Position numbers and translations under genes: made by a program. A stretch of DNA of 64,000 nt from Coprothermobacter sp. (GTDB lineage: Bacteria; Coprothermobacterota; Coprothermobacteria; Coprothermobacterales; Coprothermobacteraceae), in the NCBI GenBank assembly GCA_012842545.1, contig DUSQ01000035.1, forward strand, positions 617 through 64,616. Reading direction: 5' to 3'. The notes beneath the pieces are model-generated. The model did no database searches. It saw nothing but the letters and a program-made list of their open reading frames with translations, and had not been told where the DNA came from. The stretch's first letter is position 1, and every line of letters starts with the position of its first letter. Shown here piece after piece: positions 30,097 to 38,504 of the stretch.

Positions 30097-31445
30097 TACT
30101 GATTCATCTCCTTTTTCTTCCTGTACTTGAGCACCCAACCTTCCTTGTTAACCTGCAAGGCTCTGCCTATGCCTAAAGCGTATTTGGGCACGTTCTCGGT
30201 GATCACTGAACCTGCAGCGGTAAAAGAATCGTCTTCAAGCTTCACGGGCGCAACCAAAATGGTGTCAGAACCGATGAACACTCTGTCGCCGATTATAGTT
30301 GGGTTTTTATCGTAGCCGTCATAATTGCAAGTAATTGTCCCAGCACCTATGTTGGTGTCCTCGCCAACCTGAGCATCGCCTACATAGGAAAGATGGTTAA
30401 TCTTTGTTCTATTGCCCACCACGGTCTTTTTGATCTCAACAAAGTTACCTATTTTTACACCATGCTTCAAGTACGTTCCGGGTCTAATCCGAGCAAATGG
30501 CCCGACCACTACTGAGTCCTCTAAAGTCGCTTCTTCCAGTACAGAGAATCTTATTTGGCATTTGTCACCAATGACACAGTCCCTTATTTCTACATTCGGT
30601 CCTATTACGCAGTCTTCACCAATTTCGGTGAAACCGAGGAGTGTAGTGTTCGGAAGAATAATTGAGTCCTTTCCTACCTTTACGTTCTCTCCCACATATG
30701 TGCTCCCAGGATCGATAATGGTTGCCTGCTCCATAGCCCTTTCCAAAAGTCTTTCTTTGTAAACATGAAGAACTTTCGCCAAATCTTGCCTGGTATTGAT
30801 GCCCATGAACTGTGACCAATCTTCAAACAAGATCACATGTACTCCTTTATGCTCAGCCAACAAGTTAAATAGGTCAGTGATATAGTACTCGTTCTTAGCA
30901 TTTGACCTATTGAGCAAGGGAAAGGAATCTATGATGTCTTCTTTTCTTGCCTTGTATACACCAGCATTAACAAAAGGTATTTCTTTTTCACGCTGATCAC
31001 GCATGTCAGACAGTTCTACTATCTGCCGTAATAACCCATCTACAAACCGTACCCTTCCGAAATCGCTCTCAAAGGGAAAACGCGCAACTGCTACTAACCT
31101 GGAGTAGGAGGATTCAACCATTGCTGAAAACGTTTCTCTCCGAACAAGGGGTATGTCAGCATTAACTATGATTACATTATCATTTTTGGCGGCTGAGGCT
31201 CCTAAAAATGCAGCGTGAGCCGTACCCAAAGGTTCTTCCTGTACTACCACATTTGCATCCTTGGGTAGAAGCTCCGCTATTTGAGGGGATGTAACTAATA
31301 TGACTTCATCGACGCCTTCCACCGCTTGTAACGTATCCCAAAGGTGATATATGATGGGCTTCTCCCCTAGTCGGTGCATTATCTTCGGTACCTTCGAGTT
31401 AAACCTCTTTCCAACTCCACCTCCTAATACAATGGCGCTATGCAC
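30096..31445 (-). CDS. glmU: Bifunctional GlmU
   Basis: GGGVGKR, LGTAHA, EYYITD, hexapeptide repeats, HLSYVGD and TCNYDG. Confidence 0.96.
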   Translation of the reverse strand: MHSAIVLGGGVGKRFNSKVPKIMHRLGEKPIIYHLWDTLQAVEGVDEVILVTSPQIAELLPKDANVVVQEEPLGTAHAAFLGASAAKNDNVIIVNADIPLVRRETFSAMVESSYSRLVAVARFPFESDFGRVRFVDGLLRQIVELSDMRDQREKEIPFVNAGVYKARKEDIIDSFPLLNRSNAKNEYYITDLFNLLAEHKGVHVILFEDWSQFMGINTRQDLAKVLHVYKERLLERAMEQATIIDPGSTYVGENVKVGKDSIILPNTTLLGFTEIGEDCVIGPNVEIRDCVIGDKCQIRFSVLEEATLEDSVVVGPFARIRPGTYLKHGVKIGNFVEIKKTVVGNRTKINHLSYVGDAQVGEDTNIGAGTITCNYDGYDKNPTIIGDRVFIGSDTILVAPVKLEDDSFTAAGSVITENVPKYALGIGRALQVNKEGWVLKYRKKKEMNQ

Positions 31446-31451
31446 TACGCA

Positions 31452-32012
31452 TCACTCCTTTAAAAAGTCCATGTAAATTCTTGTTCCCTCAGGGCCTTCT
31501 TGCCCCTGGTACTTTCCCTTGAGTCCATAGGGCACCAGACAATTCTCGAAAAGCAGCTCGAAACTGACCTGACATATTCTCATACCAGGGTATAGAGCTA
31601 CGGGTAAGTTGTTAACATTGGATATTTCCAAAGTGATTTGGCCACAGAACCCCGGATCAACATATCCAGCAGTAGCATGTATGAGAATGCCCATACGACC
31701 TAAGGAGGATCTACCTTCCACACGTGCCACCAGAAAGTTAGGCAGCATAAGCCGCTCGGTGGTTGTCCCTAATAAGAAATAACCAGGCTGAAGTATCAAT
31801 TGTCCACCGTTCTCTATGCGTATTTCTCTATATTTAATCGTTTCTTTTCTTTTAGGATCTAAAAAGGGAACGTTTATGTTGTCAATGGCGAGAAACGTAT
31901 TACCTAGCGTCAAATCTACCGACGAAGGCTGTATTTGTGTTTCGTTTAAAGGGTCAATAACCAATGCCTTATAAGACAGAAGCTGTTTTAACAAACCATC
32001 AGATAGAATCAT
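31452..32012 (-). CDS. dcd: dCTP deaminase
   Basis: IQPSSVDL, EGRSSLGR, AGYVDPGFCGQITLE and KYQGQ. Confidence 0.94.
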   Translation of the reverse strand: MILSDGLLKQLLSYKALVIDPLNETQIQPSSVDLTLGNTFLAIDNINVPFLDPKRKETIKYREIRIENGGQLILQPGYFLLGTTTERLMLPNFLVARVEGRSSLGRMGILIHATAGYVDPGFCGQITLEISNVNNLPVALYPGMRICQVSFELLFENCLVPYGLKGKYQGQEGPEGTRIYMDFLKE

Positions 32013-32020
32013 CCCTGCTC

Positions 32021-32054
32021 AAAAAGAAAAGGAATGAGGCTTCCGCCTCATTCC
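32021..32054 (-). terminator. Intrinsic terminator overlapping the ferredoxin 1 stop
   Basis: Perfect 10-bp stem GGAATGAGGC/GCCTCATTCC with a 4-nt loop, then TTTTCTTTTT on the minus strand. Confidence 0.8.
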
Positions 32055-32230
32055 CGACTAATTGCTCCTGTAGGGCACGAATCGATTGCTTCGTCTACAC
32101 AGGGCTGTGTCTCATCAGCGCCCTCAATTACTTCACTCTTGCCCTCAGCATCCGCTTGGAAAACTTCTGGACACAAAGCCATGCATACGCCGCAAGCTAT
32201 GCACAGTTCTTTGTCAACTTTTAGAGCCAT
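32048..32230 (-). CDS. Monocluster [4Fe-4S] ferredoxin, copy 1
   Basis: CIACGVC...CPTGAI, 60 aa, with SD and upstream TATAAT. Confidence 0.94.
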   Translation of the reverse strand: MALKVDKELCIACGVCMALCPEVFQADAEGKSEVIEGADETQPCVDEAIDSCPTGAISRE

Positions 32231-32289
32231 GCTCAGCCCTCCTTCTTACAGGCTGACTTCATTATACAAGAAAAAAATGCTCGTTAACA

Positions 32290-32556
32290 CTACTGAAACT
32301 TCTGATTAAAAAGCTTCATCAAGCGTGACTTACGCCTAGCAGCTTCGTTCTTGTGAATGACACCCTTCACTGCCACCTTGTCAATAACACTCTGAGCTTT
32401 TAGAACGGCTGCTTCAGCTGCTTCACGATCCCCAGCCTCGATTGCCTTTTTCGCCCTTTTGACATAGGTCTTCATTGTTGTACGCCAGTATCTGTTGTAT
32501 GCTGTTTCCTTTTTCGTCAACCGAATCCGACGTTCCGCAGATATTGTGTTAGCCAT
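32290..32556 (-). CDS. rpsT: 30S ribosomal protein S20
   Basis: MANTISAERR and KGVIHKNEAARRKSRL. Confidence 0.97.
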   Translation of the reverse strand: MANTISAERRIRLTKKETAYNRYWRTTMKTYVKRAKKAIEAGDREAAEAAVLKAQSVIDKVAVKGVIHKNEAARRKSRLMKLFNQKFQ

Positions 32557-32596
32557 AACTCCACTCCTTTCAACAATTTTTCAGACTTGTATTTTT

Positions 32597-32624
32597 AGTA
32601 TAGCAGGAATTTTGCAGTTGTCAA
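32597..32624 (-). promoter_or_regulatory. Sigma-70-type promoter of rpsT
   Basis: TTGACA, 16-nt spacer, TATACT, with extended TG. Confidence 0.75.
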
Positions 32625-32699
32625 CGTTTTGTCATGTAGACATTTTCGCTGACTTGAAGAACAGCTGGCACAGCCTTGGTTCGGTTTTCAAGCTCTTGA

Positions 32700-32882
32700 T
32701 TATTCTCTGCTGATAGCACCTGTTGAGCAGGAGTCAATTGCTTCATCGACGCAAGGCAGACTTTCATCAGCACCTGCAATTACTTCGCTTTTCCCCTCCG
32801 CATCAGCCTGAAAGACCTCTGGGCATAATGCCATACAAACCCCACAAGCAATACACAAATCCTTGTCTACTTTTACAGCCAT
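32700..32882 (-). CDS. Monocluster [4Fe-4S] ferredoxin, copy 2
   Basis: 54 of 60 residues identical to copy 1; SD AAGGAGG. Confidence 0.93.
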   Translation of the reverse strand: MAVKVDKDLCIACGVCMALCPEVFQADAEGKSEVIAGADESLPCVDEAIDSCSTGAISRE

Positions 32883-33022
32883 TTTGAAAAGCCTCCTTTG
32901 ACTTTGAAATTGCGATGCCTAACAAGATTATACACACTGATGAAGCGCAAAAGAATGGTATCAGAAATCACTTGGGACTCCCAAAGAGCATGCAACTTTT
33001 TAAGTTCGCAACTTTCGCAGTG

Positions 33023-33961
33023 TTAAGTTGATAGACCACTTTGTAAAGTCCAAAGCTCATCAGGCCCTTCTGGATCAAGCCTGTCGAGCGGCACACCGTT
33101 CAAAGACGTAGCACAGTTCTGTTTTAGCTCACCAAGGTAAACAAAAGGCACATGATCCTTTTCCAGTCTGTGCGTCAATTCTTGCTTGTTTTCACAGACC
33201 AGTAGCACTGAACCCGAGGAGATGATTTTATAAGGGTTGAACCCAAACCGATGAGAAAGCTCTATCAATTCATCATCCAAAAAGTCTTCAGGAAATAAGG
33301 CATTAATGCCAAGGGATGTTCCCCTTGTGAGCTCCCATAGCCCAGCCACAAGCCCCCCTTCAGTTAAATCGTGAGCAAAAACCAGAGATGGAGCATTCAG
33401 AACCACGTCCATGATAGGCTTAACCGAAACTTTCAGTATGTCATGACTGTAAGAACCCTTCAAGAGCATCATAGCCTCCTGGCCCAACGTGCCTGCAAAA
33501 AATACATGTTGAGACGGTTTTACAAACTCTTTGCTAAGCTCCCTTATCCGCTTACCGAACATGGTCCCGATTACCACAGGCTTGTTCACGGCCGGAGTAA
33601 ATTCGCTATGTCCCCCTACCAGCTGTGCGTTTTCATAGTTCAAGCCAGCGTGAAGGTGCTCAAACATGCTTTCCAAATCTTCTTGAGGAAAATTGGTAGG
33701 CAAAAGGATAACCGCTAAAAAAGCCACCGGTTCACCCCCAGCCACGCGCACATCGTTTGCGTTCACATGAACTGCCAGTTGCGTGACAACACTGCTGTCG
33801 GCACCAGTAATAGGATCAGTGCTCACCACTATGGGAGCATCTAAATCTACTACAGCACTGTCGGTCAGATAAGAAGCGTCAATTAAAACTTCGTCACGGC
33901 GCTTTCCATAAAAACGATTTACCAGACTCCCAATGTATGAGACTGGGACTTTACCTTCCAT
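33023..33961 (-). CDS. AIR-synthase-related (PurM/HypE/ThiL superfamily) protein
   Basis: STDPITGA, VHVNANDV, VGGHSE, HDLTEGG and ISSG; family-typical N-terminus MEGKVP starts at ATG 33961. Confidence 0.88.
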   Translation of the reverse strand: MEGKVPVSYIGSLVNRFYGKRRDEVLIDASYLTDSAVVDLDAPIVVSTDPITGADSSVVTQLAVHVNANDVRVAGGEPVAFLAVILLPTNFPQEDLESMFEHLHAGLNYENAQLVGGHSEFTPAVNKPVVIGTMFGKRIRELSKEFVKPSQHVFFAGTLGQEAMMLLKGSYSHDILKVSVKPIMDVVLNAPSLVFAHDLTEGGLVAGLWELTRGTSLGINALFPEDFLDDELIELSHRFGFNPYKIISSGSVLLVCENKQELTHRLEKDHVPFVYLGELKQNCATSLNGVPLDRLDPEGPDELWTLQSGLST

Positions 33962-34047
<86 letters not shown>

Positions 34048-34060
34048 ACAATCAAAATCA

Positions 34061-34089
34061 ATTATACACGAAAGGCTCATCACTGTAAA
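34061..34089 (-). promoter_or_regulatory. Promoter of tRNA-Leu
   Basis: TTTACA, 17-nt spacer, TATAAT. Confidence 0.75.
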
Positions 34090-34104
34090 GCACGTTATCA
34101 CTTA

Positions 34105-34113
34105 TGGTATACT
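34105..34113 (+). promoter_or_regulatory. Extended -10 element of lexA
   Basis: TGGTATACT, 8 nt before ATG 34122; no SD. Confidence 0.6.
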
Positions 34114-34121
34114 TTTGTTGT

Positions 34122-34700
34122 ATGAAAGAACTAACAGCTCGACAAAAAGAAGTTCTAGACGCAATAAGATCTTTTATAGCTGAAAACCACTATCCTCCGA
34201 CAGTTAGAGAGCTCTGTGCTATTCTTGGCATCTCTTCTCCGAGAGGAGTTTCGAAGCACTTAGAAGCGTTGGAGAAAAAGGGGTACATAAAGCGTACTTC
34301 AGGTCATCGCTCTTTGATACTGCCCATGGAGGTTCCCTTAATTGGTAAAGTGACCGCGGGTTTGAAAACGCTGGCTGTGGAAGAACTCGAAGGCTATCTT
34401 TCCGTGGAGGATATCTTCTTATCTCCCAACCAGTTCGGTCTTAAAGTCAAAGGCGATTCCATGCAAGGCGCTGGTATTTTAGAAGGAGACATCGTCATTG
34501 TCAACTCCGATGCTGAGTGGATTAACGGTGATATCATTGTTGCCATTATTGATGAAATGGCCACTGTCAAACGGGTGAAACAAGACCAAAACGGCAACTG
34601 GTGGCTTGAACCTGACAACCCACAATACGCCCCCCTACCACTAAATGAAGAGGTCCAAATTGTTGGAAAAGTTGTAGCTGTCATTAGGAAATATTCATAA
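34122..34700 (+). CDS. lexA: LexA repressor
   Basis: LTARQKEVL, YPPTVRE winged HTH, Ala-Gly cleavage site, GDSM serine and TVKR lysine. Confidence 0.95.
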   Translation: MKELTARQKEVLDAIRSFIAENHYPPTVRELCAILGISSPRGVSKHLEALEKKGYIKRTSGHRSLILPMEVPLIGKVTAGLKTLAVEELEGYLSVEDIFLSPNQFGLKVKGDSMQGAGILEGDIVIVNSDAEWINGDIIVAIIDEMATVKRVKQDQNGNWWLEPDNPQYAPLPLNEEVQIVGKVVAVIRKYS

Positions 34701-34716
34701 ATCCATGAGTGATAAT

Positions 34717-35301
34717 CTAAACTTCTTCACCTGCTAGTATTCTCTTTGCGATCGTAGCATTGTCAGCCAAGTGCAGACTAAAAGAGTCCCAGAATACGCA
34801 GGTTCCAAGCAGTATTATTTTCCCCGTTCCAACTCTTACCTGAGAACCTACATGACCCACGCTTGAGGTTAATATGACCTCACTGCCAGACACCGTGTCA
34901 GTACATGGAAAAACTCCTTTTAGACCGTTGCGACTGACCACATTTACAAAATAAGGGTCTTCGCTAGAATGATCAAGAGTTTCATTTAGGTTCATGGTAA
35001 GACCGAAATGCTTGGTCACGCTGTTTATAATTTCACCAACCCCGTCCTCATTCTTGTAGTAGCCTGCAAATACGACTATTTTCCCTTTAGAAACCCAGCT
35101 CTCTATTTGATGAACTTCCAAATCACTGAAAGCTTTCTCTGGGTAATTAAAAACGATGGTGTCATAGTGACCCAGAGATTCAAAATCCTTCACTTCACTA
35201 ACAATGAAACCGCATTCTTTAAGAAAGTGGCTTAGTTTTCCATAGTAGTAATAATCTGTAATTGTAAACTCTAAATGTGAAATGTCCCAGCCAATTTTCA
35301 T
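34717..35301 (-). CDS. Hypothetical protein with GATase-like/DUF4350 (GIFT-type) fold
   Basis: YDTIVFNYPEKAFSDLEVHQIESWVSKG and GTGKIILLG; SD GAGGTGA. Confidence 0.6.
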   Translation of the reverse strand: MKIGWDISHLEFTITDYYYYGKLSHFLKECGFIVSEVKDFESLGHYDTIVFNYPEKAFSDLEVHQIESWVSKGKIVVFAGYYKNEDGVGEIINSVTKHFGLTMNLNETLDHSSEDPYFVNVVSRNGLKGVFPCTDTVSGSEVILTSSVGHVGSQVRVGTGKIILLGTCVFWDSFSLHLADNATIAKRILAGEEV

Positions 35302-35345
35302 GTTTTTATCTCACCTCTCCGAGCAGTTTCGGTTATAATTAATGC

Positions 35346-35807
35346 ATGCACGTAATAGCTATAGTACTGATCACTTTTATCGCACTTTACCTTTTTTGGT
35401 TCTTCTGGGGTGGTGTTGTTCAGTACTTCAGCAGCCCCGAACAAACTCCAAGAACCTCCTCTAAATTTTATTGGCTCTTGGTCTTGGTTTTTGCCATGGA
35501 GCTTTATGACTTTGTTTACATGATAACATTCCCAGCTATTCTCGGAGTATTATCTATGGCAACGTTGGTAGCTATCCTCACGGTAAGAATAAGAAAACAG
35601 GTCATGCCAAAACTATTCCAAGTATTAGGCGCAGCTACTTTTTTGAGCTGGCTTGGGTCCCACGCACTCGGCATACCTGGAGCGGTTATTGGAGCAGCTT
35701 TGGGCGTGTTCACATCTTTAGTGTCAGCACCATGGGGTAACACGGCCGCAGAAATGTGGGACGAACCATGGTGGGCTCCTCAGGCTTACAAAAGGCGAAA
35801 AGGTTAA
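35346..35807 (+). CDS. Hypothetical membrane protein (~5 TM)
   Basis: Hydrophobic ORF filling the gap; TATAAT 6 nt upstream of ATG. Confidence 0.7.
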   Translation: MHVIAIVLITFIALYLFWFFWGGVVQYFSSPEQTPRTSSKFYWLLVLVFAMELYDFVYMITFPAILGVLSMATLVAILTVRIRKQVMPKLFQVLGAATFLSWLGSHALGIPGAVIGAALGVFTSLVSAPWGNTAAEMWDEPWWAPQAYKRRKG

Positions 35808-35869
35808 GTTTGAAAAAATCCTTCATGGGGTATAATAACTATAACCTTTGATACAAGGAGGGTTCTAGC

Positions 35870-36133
35870 ATGGAAGTACTGAAGATTTCGGCGAAGACTG
35901 ATCCGAAGAAGGCCGCTGGTGCGCTCGCGGAGGTAATTAGAAAGCACGGAGAAGCTGAACTACAGGCTATTGGGGCTGGCGCAGTAAACCAGGCCACAAA
36001 AGCGATCGCTATTGCAAGAGGTTTCCTAGCTCCAAACGGTATAGACATTGTTTGCATCCCAGGATTTACCGATGTAAAGATTGGAGAGGAAGACAGAACT
36101 GCGATTAAGTTCATCATCGAACCCAGGGAGTAA
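35870..36133 (+). CDS. spoVS: SpoVS family protein
   Basis: AGALA, QAIGAGAVNQATKAIAIARGF and ERTAIK-like end; TATAAT at 35831 and SD AAGGAGG. Confidence 0.96.
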   Translation: MEVLKISAKTDPKKAAGALAEVIRKHGEAELQAIGAGAVNQATKAIAIARGFLAPNGIDIVCIPGFTDVKIGEEDRTAIKFIIEPRE

Positions 36134-36167
36134 AAAGGTAAAGAGAGACAACTAACCAATCAATGAG

Positions 36168-36208
36168 AAAAAAGGGAGACCTGCTTCGGTCATATCGTGG
36201 GTCTCCCT
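36168..36208 (-). terminator. Probable terminator at the end of the rpsB...proS-GT2 run
   Basis: 9-bp stem AGGGAGACC/GGTCTCCCT with a large 18-nt loop, then a U-run on the minus strand; lies between convergent genes. Confidence 0.5.
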
Positions 36209-36828
36209 CTAAGTTTGTAGGAGAGAATATCAAGGTACATTCTAAGACGAGCTCTTAGACCCGGCCAAAATCCCCGTTTTTCCTCTTTCATTACCTGCCC
36301 TACGCCTTCCAAGACTAGCTCTTCTTGTTTCAATCTTTCCTTCTTTAAATAGTCTTCAAGGGCAACCTCGAGCTGGAAGCCACTGACACTGGAGCTCTCA
36401 TAGAACCTTTTGAGCACAGCCATGGGCAGAATACGTTGGCCAGCCAAAGCAGGACTGATAATATGCGACCACGTCGTAGCTGTTCTTCCGCCCTTTAACA
36501 TGATCCGTGCGCAGTCATATGAGTTTACCCAATTCTTAATTTGAGCAGCATGACCTCTGGTAAAACCAGTTAAGTCAGCATCCAGAAGTACTACTTTGTC
36601 CACATCGAACCTAGTGGCTTCCTTCACAGCAGCACTCTTACCACGGTTCCTCGGAAGTATGAGAAGCAAAGCTCCCTCGCAAGATGCGGCCCAGGCTGTC
36701 TTGTCGGTAGAACCATCATCCACTACTAATACTGGTAACTTTTCTTCTTTTAAAGGCCTTAATACACGTCCAATGTTTTTCTCTTCATTAAATGCGGGCA
36801 TTACTACCAAAAAGCTGTTCGTCTTCAC
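36190..36828 (-). CDS. GT2 glycosyltransferase
   Basis: MPAFNEE, VDDGSTD, NRGKSAA and LDAD. Confidence 0.9.
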   Translation of the reverse strand: MKTNSFLVVMPAFNEEKNIGRVLRPLKEEKLPVLVVDDGSTDKTAWAASCEGALLLILPRNRGKSAAVKEATRFDVDKVVLLDADLTGFTRGHAAQIKNWVNSYDCARIMLKGGRTATTWSHIISPALAGQRILPMAVLKRFYESSSVSGFQLEVALEDYLKKERLKQEELVLEGVGQVMKEEKRGFWPGLRARLRMYLDILSYKLRGRPTI

Positions 36829-38504
36829 AAGTCGACTACGCCTCTCAAGATGGTGTCCAATACATTTTCTTGGTCAACCAAAACGGTCTCGCCTGTTTTT
36901 CTGAACTTAATCTCCACCTGACCTTCTTTCTTTGCGTTTACAACAAGACGAACAGGAAAACCAATCAGATCAGCGTCCACAAACTTGACACCTGGTCGCT
37001 CGTCTCTGTCATCCACAAAAACATCTAATCCTGCGGAAGATAGCATGGTCTCCAAATATTGAACTTGACTTTCCACTTCACCCATGGGAATGATGACCAC
37101 ATGGAAAGGTGCTACTGACCAAGGCCAGACAATCCCAAATTCATCGTGACACTGCTCCACGACAGCACTAACCAACCGAGTCACGCCTATACCGTAGCAC
37201 CCCATGATAAAGGGTTTTCTATCGCCATTCTCATCATGATAAAAGGCTTCCAATGGCTCTGAATAGCGAGTACCAAGTCTAAAAATGTGCCCTACTTCTA
37301 AACCTGTAAAGCTGCGCAGAGTACCGTGACACTGTGGACATAAATCCCCTTCAACTACTGCTGACAGGTCAACAATTTCATCGAAAGGCAACGTTGATAG
37401 GTCAACACCAACCATATGAAAATTGCGCTCATTGGCTCCGGTAACGCCCCACTCCAAAGAATCCAGAGAACGGTCTTTGAGAATAGTTAGACCGGCTACA
37501 CCCTCCTTTGGCCCCACAAAACCTGGGACGAGTCCCATGGAAACAATTTCTTCATCAGTCATCATACGCCACTGTGAAAAACGCCTGTTCATTTTTGATT
37601 CATCCAGTTCCCTATCACCACGGACCAAGATCATTTGGGGATCGCTGTCGCCAATCACCATCACTGCTTTTACGATTCGTTCTTTGGGCAGTTGCAGAAA
37701 CGCGGCCACGTCCTCTATGGAAGAAACGTTAGGTGTGTGTACTTTTGCTAAAGCAGGCTTCTCTAAAAACTCAGGAGCTGGTACCACCGAAGTCGCCACT
37801 TCAGAAGTTGCAACATATCCACACTTGTCGCACTTGAAAACCGTGCTTTCACCTACTTCAGCTGGCACGATGAACTCATGAGAAAGACTACCTCCAATCT
37901 GTCCTGGATCTGCAGCCACCACCTCGTAGCTGAGTTCCAAACGTTCTAGAATTCTCTTATAAGCACCAAGCACTTGATCATAGGTTGTCTTGAGGCTTTC
38001 CTCGGAATCATGAAAGGAATAAGCATCTTTCATGACGAATTCTCTCAGCCTTATGAGACCAAAGCGGGGACGAGGCTCATCGCGGAACTTTGTCTGAATC
38101 TGATACACAAGCTGGGGAAGCTGCTTGTAAGAAGAAATCAACTGCCCCGCTAACGTAGTAATCTGTTCTTCATGAGTAGGACCTAGACAGAAGTCTTGAT
38201 CCTTTCTGTCCTTAAGCTTAATCATATCGTCACCATAAAGGTCCCAGCGCCCTGTCTTCTTCCACATGTCTGCCGGCATCATAATGGACATGGTCATCTC
38301 TTGACCGCCAATTCCGTCCATCTCTTCTCTGACTATGGTCTCAATTTTCTTAAGCACTCGATGACCCAAAGGCAAGAAAGCATAAATGCCTGAAGCAATT
38401 TGCTTTATCATTGAAGCCCTTATGAGAAGCTTGTGAGAAGAAGCTTCTGCGTCCTTAGGGTCTTCTCTGAGTGTCTTGTAAAAAAACTTACTGGCTCTCA
38501 TCAT
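36825..38504 (-). CDS. proS: Prolyl-tRNA synthetase (with editing insertion)
   Basis: LGPTHEE, KFRDEPRPRFG, REFVMKDAYSF and MGCYGIG. Confidence 0.97.
   Translation of the reverse strand: MMRASKFFYKTLREDPKDAEASSHKLLIRASMIKQIASGIYAFLPLGHRVLKKIETIVREEMDGIGGQEMTMSIMMPADMWKKTGRWDLYGDDMIKLKDRKDQDFCLGPTHEEQITTLAGQLISSYKQLPQLVYQIQTKFRDEPRPRFGLIRLREFVMKDAYSFHDSEESLKTTYDQVLGAYKRILERLELSYEVVAADPGQIGGSLSHEFIVPAEVGESTVFKCDKCGYVATSEVATSVVPAPEFLEKPALAKVHTPNVSSIEDVAAFLQLPKERIVKAVMVIGDSDPQMILVRGDRELDESKMNRRFSQWRMMTDEEIVSMGLVPGFVGPKEGVAGLTILKDRSLDSLEWGVTGANERNFHMVGVDLSTLPFDEIVDLSAVVEGDLCPQCHGTLRSFTGLEVGHIFRLGTRYSEPLEAFYHDENGDRKPFIMGCYGIGVTRLVSAVVEQCHDEFGIVWPWSVAPFHVVIIPMGEVESQVQYLETMLSSAGLDVFVDDRDERPGVKFVDADLIGFPVRLVVNAKKEGQVEIKFRKTGETVLVDQENVLDTILRGVVDL

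Noticed and set aside
35870-36133. spoVS plus a SigF-like sigma as evidence of sporulation
   Set aside because: SpoVS is widespread in non-sporulators, the sigma is SigB-like, and no core sporulation genes are present
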